Below are positions 59,250 through 64,000 of a stretch of DNA of 64,000 nucleotides, in pieces. Location of the stretch: positions 31,682,001 to 31,746,000 of the forward strand of contig OZ024749.1 in NCBI GenBank assembly GCA_964016885.1. The letters are read 5' to 3'. A model generated the notes under the pieces. The model searched no databases. It was not told the origin of the DNA and saw only the letters and a program-made list of their open reading frames with translations. The DNA is from Eledone cirrhosa (lineage: Eukaryota). The position numbers and the translations under genes are program-made. Numbering within the stretch: the first letter of the stretch is position 1; every line of letters begins with the position of its first letter.

Positions 59250-59532
59250 TATAAAGAAAAAGGGATGAAATCGAAAATGCAACTGAAGTCTTATTTTTTT
59301 TAAAAATATATATATTTATTTGGTTCCTTTACCGGTTTCGCAGTTCTTCTGCTTTTCAAAAGGTGAGTTGAGATGGAGGGTCTGTGAGAAAAACCACAGA
59401 CCCTCCATCTCAACTCACCTTTTGAAAAGCAGAAGAACCCGCGAAACTGGTAAAGGAACCAAATAAATATATATATTTTTAAAAAAAATAAGACTTCAGT
59501 TGCATTTTCGATTTCATCCCTTTTTCTTTATA
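59250..59532. mobile_element. Fold-back element, ~137-bp arms, U3-A8 HHR in each arm
   Basis: HHR(-) 59326-59363 CCUU-UUGAAAA-GCAG aagaa CUGC-GAAA-CCG GUA-AAGG; HHR(+) 59418-59456 slightly mutated. Confidence 0.8.
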
Positions 59533-59753
59533 TATATATATATATAGTAATAATAATAAATTTGAAGACTAAAATCCAAAGAGGGCTTGATAAGGATAAA
59601 TATATATATCAAATATATAAGAACCGTAGACCAAATATTTATTATTAAAATAACAGATTAATTTTTTTTTTACTTTCAGAAGATCCCGTTAAGGGTGAAA
59701 GCACCGATTCTTTTTGGCTGCAACCAGAGCTTCGATGATGCTGTACTAAATTT

Positions 59754-59834
<81 letters not shown>

Positions 59835-60181
59835 ATATGTATGTATATATAACATGAAACCCAGTACTCAACAGACTCAACGGCCATCCGAATAGTACCC
59901 TTTTTTTTCACCTGGGAGTGAAAGGCCCCCAGTTGTTGTCACAACTTTCTAAGTGAGGAAAACACTGAATAAAACCAGCGGTTTTGGAAGCGTCGATGAT
60001 GTTGACAAGTTCTCTTTTTGGGTAGTGTGTTCAATGCTCATTGAGTGAGATTGGACGAATGCAAAGCCTTTCCCCACTTAAAATATTTTTAAATCACAGG
60101 CACTCCTTGTTCAGGATCTGTTACAAGCGATTGCAATACTCTTTGCAGAGTCTGCAGCCATCTCACACACATATATATATA

Positions 60182-60254
<73 letters not shown>

Positions 60255-60362
60255 TTAATTAGTATTAATTATATTATTTATGGTTATGTAAATTTATGGC
60301 TATGTATCTGTATGTCTCTTGGGTGAAAAGGAGGTAATATAACTGTCCATTCATTAATAAAT

Positions 60363-60409
60363 TGCTCCTAAGAATCCAAACCTCGGTTTGGAGGAAACAG
60401 TTGTAAGCA
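60363..60409 (+). ncRNA. Degenerate type I HHR
   Basis: UGCU-CCUAAGA-a UCCAAACC uc GGUUUGGA g-GAAA-C aguu G UA-AGCA; core has two substitutions. Confidence 0.5.
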
Positions 60410-60562
60410 CAAAAATGTTTTGAACAGTTCTTTGATTCTTATATATTTCATATTTCATATATTTCATATATATATATATACATATATCTTTGCGTTGCTA
60501 TCCTTCCTTGTTGTTTACTGTCTCGCTCGCTTTACGCGATTTACTTGTCCCAATACCTTTAT

Positions 60563-60701
60563 TTAGTTATTGCTCGCACCAACCGGAGGTATATGATTTT
60601 TAAAGCGATGAAATACCAATGAAGGTTGGAAAATCACTGACGAAGTACTATTTTTATCATATGTAACCCATGTGCAACCACGCAGTATTCTTTCTTCTCA
60701 T

Positions 60702-60790
<89 letters not shown>

Positions 60791-61027
60791 ACTGGTTTAT
60801 CCAAACTATTGAGCACTTTGCCACACATTTCGAAGATTGTGTTTCGTTATTTCGTGGGCCGAAGTTCCGATTCTCGATAATTTATTTGTATTTATATATA
60901 TATATATATAAACATGAGAAGAAAGAAGAATACTGCGTGGTTGGCCATGGGTTACATATGATAAAAATAGTCCTTCGTCAGTGATTTTCCAACCATCATT
61001 GGTAGTTCATCGCTTTAAAAATCATAT
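60563..61027. mobile_element. Family C element in tail-to-tail inverted pair
   Basis: 60563-60705 (+) and 60908-61027 (-). Confidence 0.7.
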
Positions 61028-61196
61028 ATATATATATACATACAAAAGGCAGCTGGACGAGAAGAACACGAGGGGGATTCGCGAATAGATATTCTGATTC
61101 CTTGAGAGTATGACAAATGTCAGTTATATAGATGTACATAGAACCACACACACACATGCACACAGATTGATAGAGAGTAAATAGATAGATATAAAG

Positions 61197-61231
<35 letters not shown>

Positions 61232-61656
61232 TGTATGCCCGTATGTAAATATGCATGTATGTAGGTAGATAGATATGTATCAATGTAGGTGGGTAAATAG
61301 ATGGATAGATAGGTAGGTGGGTAGAGAGGTAGGGAGGTGGGGAGGTAGGTAGGGAGGTAGGTAGGTAGGTAGGTAGGTAGGTAGGTAGGTAGGTATGTAT
61401 GTAAGTAATGTAGGTAGGTAGGTAGATTGACCAGCCAGCCAGCATCTCAAGAGAGAGAGAGAGACTGTACATTACCACTTATTGAACTCACGAAATGGCT
61501 ACTCTTAGAGTTTTTGTTCTTAATGATTGGTAAACAGATTAGTTTTCATACTTCAGTGCGTTCGTCAGTCATGTGACTGTTGCGTGAGACTCTGTCAGAT
61601 GTCAGTCAGCCATAGAATGAAACAAGGACTTTGTGAAGTAGATATATATGTGTGTA

Positions 61657-61711
<55 letters not shown>

Positions 61712-61785
61712 AAACGGTAAACAGAAATAAGAACAATATATATATATATATACATATAGCTGGAATTGTGGCTGTTATTAATGAT

Positions 61786-61817
<32 letters not shown>

Positions 61818-62191
61818 TATATATATGGATAGAGAAAAAGAGAGAAAGGGATGTGTTGAAGAGGAACTGAACATATACACATCGTAACAAAATGGCTGTC
61901 GATTGCCTTCGACGTGTTTTTCAAGTGACCCGCTTATTTTCCAGTTTGTTTCTCTTCTTGCCTTGCTGTAGTTGTTACTATTGTTTTCGGTGTTGATGTT
62001 TTCAGTGTTAATATTGGTAGCATTGTTGTTATTGTTGTTGTTAGTGGTCGGCAATGGTGTCGGTGGTGGTGAGTGTGGTGGTGTTTGATGGTGGAGGGCT
62101 GTTGGCGTTGTTGGTGTTGTTGTTGTTGTTAGTGGTCGGCAATGGTGTCGGTAGTGGTGAGCGAGGTAGTGTTTGTGGATGATGGGCTGTT

Positions 62192-62423
62192 AGTTAACCT
62201 CAGCGGGATTTGAACTCAGAACATAAAGATAAAGGGCCATAACTCTATGCTGTAAAAATAATTGTTTCTACTTTTGGCACAAGGCCACAAATTATCCAGT
62301 CTATTACTGGTACTTTATTTTATCGACCCCCGTAAGGATGAAAGGCAAAGTTAACCTCGGCGGGATTTGAACTCAGAATGGCAAGGGCCGTAACTCTACG
62401 CGTCAAAGCATGGCGTCTGATCC
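62192..62423 (-). mobile_element. SINE family 1 fragment plus full copy
   Basis: Consensus match. Confidence 0.85.
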
Positions 62424-62925
62424 TCGTGTAGGTGTTGACGTTGCTGCTGGTCTTCTAGGTGTTGATGTTGTTGGTGATGATGGTGGAGGTAGTTGTAGTA
62501 GTTGTGGTGGTGACGATGTTGGTGGTGGTATGGTGGTGGTGGACGTGATGTTGGTGTTGTTCGTGATGGTAGTGTTGGGGATGGTGCTGGCGGCGATAGT
62601 CATAGAGTGTTGCTGTTGATGCTGGTGTTGTTGGTGTTGACGTTGTTAGTGGTGGAGGTAGTGGTAGTAGTTGTGGTGGTGGTGGTGGTGGTGGCCGTGG
62701 TGGTGGTGGTGGTGGTGGTGGTGGTGGCCGTGGTGGTGGTGGTGGTGGCCGTGGTGGTGGTGGTGGTGGTGGTGGTGGTGGTGGTGGTAGTGGTGATAGT
62801 GTTGCTCGAAGTAATGGCGGTATTGGGAGTGATTTTGTTGGAGAGATGCAGGTATAATGTGTTGATTTCTGCAGCATTGTCAGGTGGTGTGTTGTTGTAG
62901 CCGTTGTTGTTGTTGTTGTTGTAGC

Positions 62926-62988
<63 letters not shown>

Positions 62989-63234
62989 CATAATTGTTGG
63001 CCTCTTGTAGGTTTGATAATGGTGGTCAGAATCATGTTGGTTAGAATCAGCTGCTAAGGATGAAGACGACGACGACAATGATGATGATGATGATGAGGAG
63101 GAGGAGGAGGAGGAGGAGGAGGAGGAGGAGGAGGAGGAGGAGGGAGATGGGGACTGATGTTGTTGATTAGGGTGGTAGTAGTTGTGCTGTTATGATGTTG
63201 GTGGTGGTGCTAATAGAAATGTTATGTAGAAGCT

Positions 63235-63627
63235 GGTGGTGATGGTGATGGTGATGGTGATGATGATGGTGATGGTGATGATGATGGTGATGGTGATGGT
63301 GATGGTGATGGTGATCGTGATGGTGATGGTGATGATAATGGTGATGGTGATGGTGATGGTGATGGTGATGGTGATGGTGATGGTGATGGTGGTGATGGTG
63401 ATGGTGATGGTGATGGTGATGGTGATGGTGATGATGATGGTGATGGTGATGGTGATGGTGACGGTGATAGTGATGGTGATGGTGATGGTGATGGTGATGG
63501 TGGTGATGGTGATGGTGATGGTGATGGTGATGATGATGGTGATGATGATGGTGATGGTGATGGTGATGGTGATGGTGATGGTGATGGTGATGGTGATGGT
63601 GATGGTGATGGTGATGGTGATGATGAC
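63235..63627. repeat. (GATGGT)n hexanucleotide array
   Basis: Direct reading. Confidence 0.95.
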
Positions 63628-63719
63628 AGTTGAATAGATGTAGATAATAACCGACATATAAGAACACACGCATACATAACATAAGTGATACTGACATATA
63701 CACACACACACACGCACAC

Positions 63720-63787
<68 letters not shown>

Positions 63788-63874
63788 GTGTGTGTGTGTA
63801 TCTGTGTGCGCGCGTGTGTATATATGTATGTATATATATATATATGCATGTATATATGTATATATATATATATA

Positions 63875-63917
<43 letters not shown>

Positions 63918-63945
63918 ATATATATATATATATATATATACATAC

Positions 63946-64000
<55 letters not shown>

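Overview
Repeat-saturated eukaryotic non-coding DNA. The SINE families and microsatellite density point to an octopod cephalopod (inference from recognised repeats, not a database result). No host protein-coding gene is supportable: nearly all ORFs are translations of (TA)n, (CA)n, (CT)n, (GTT/GGT/GAT)n or (GAA)n repeats. Real content: about 20 copies or fragments of one tRNA-derived SINE, a second Meta-type SINE, decayed LINE fragments (R4/Dong-like REL endonuclease, two RTE-like pieces, an L1/Tx1-like 3' end), hAT and Tc1/mariner-type MITEs, several minisatellites (three built from SINE pieces) and a 200-N gap. The main unexplained signal is a set of short 'unique' islands inside (TA)n tracts that fall into several unrelated sequence families. 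Many are fold-back (inverted-repeat) elements, and they repeatedly carry type I hammerhead-ribozyme (HHR) folds (CUGANGA or the U3-A8 covariant UUGANAA, stem II, GAAA, palindromic stem III, NUH). About seven copies have intact cores and roughly ten more are degenerate. One sub-class keeps a C.C mismatch at stem II pair 4 while the flanking pairs covary. These look like termini of Penelope-like or non-autonomous ribozyme retroelements that target (TA)n. All folds were assigned by eye and none is tested.
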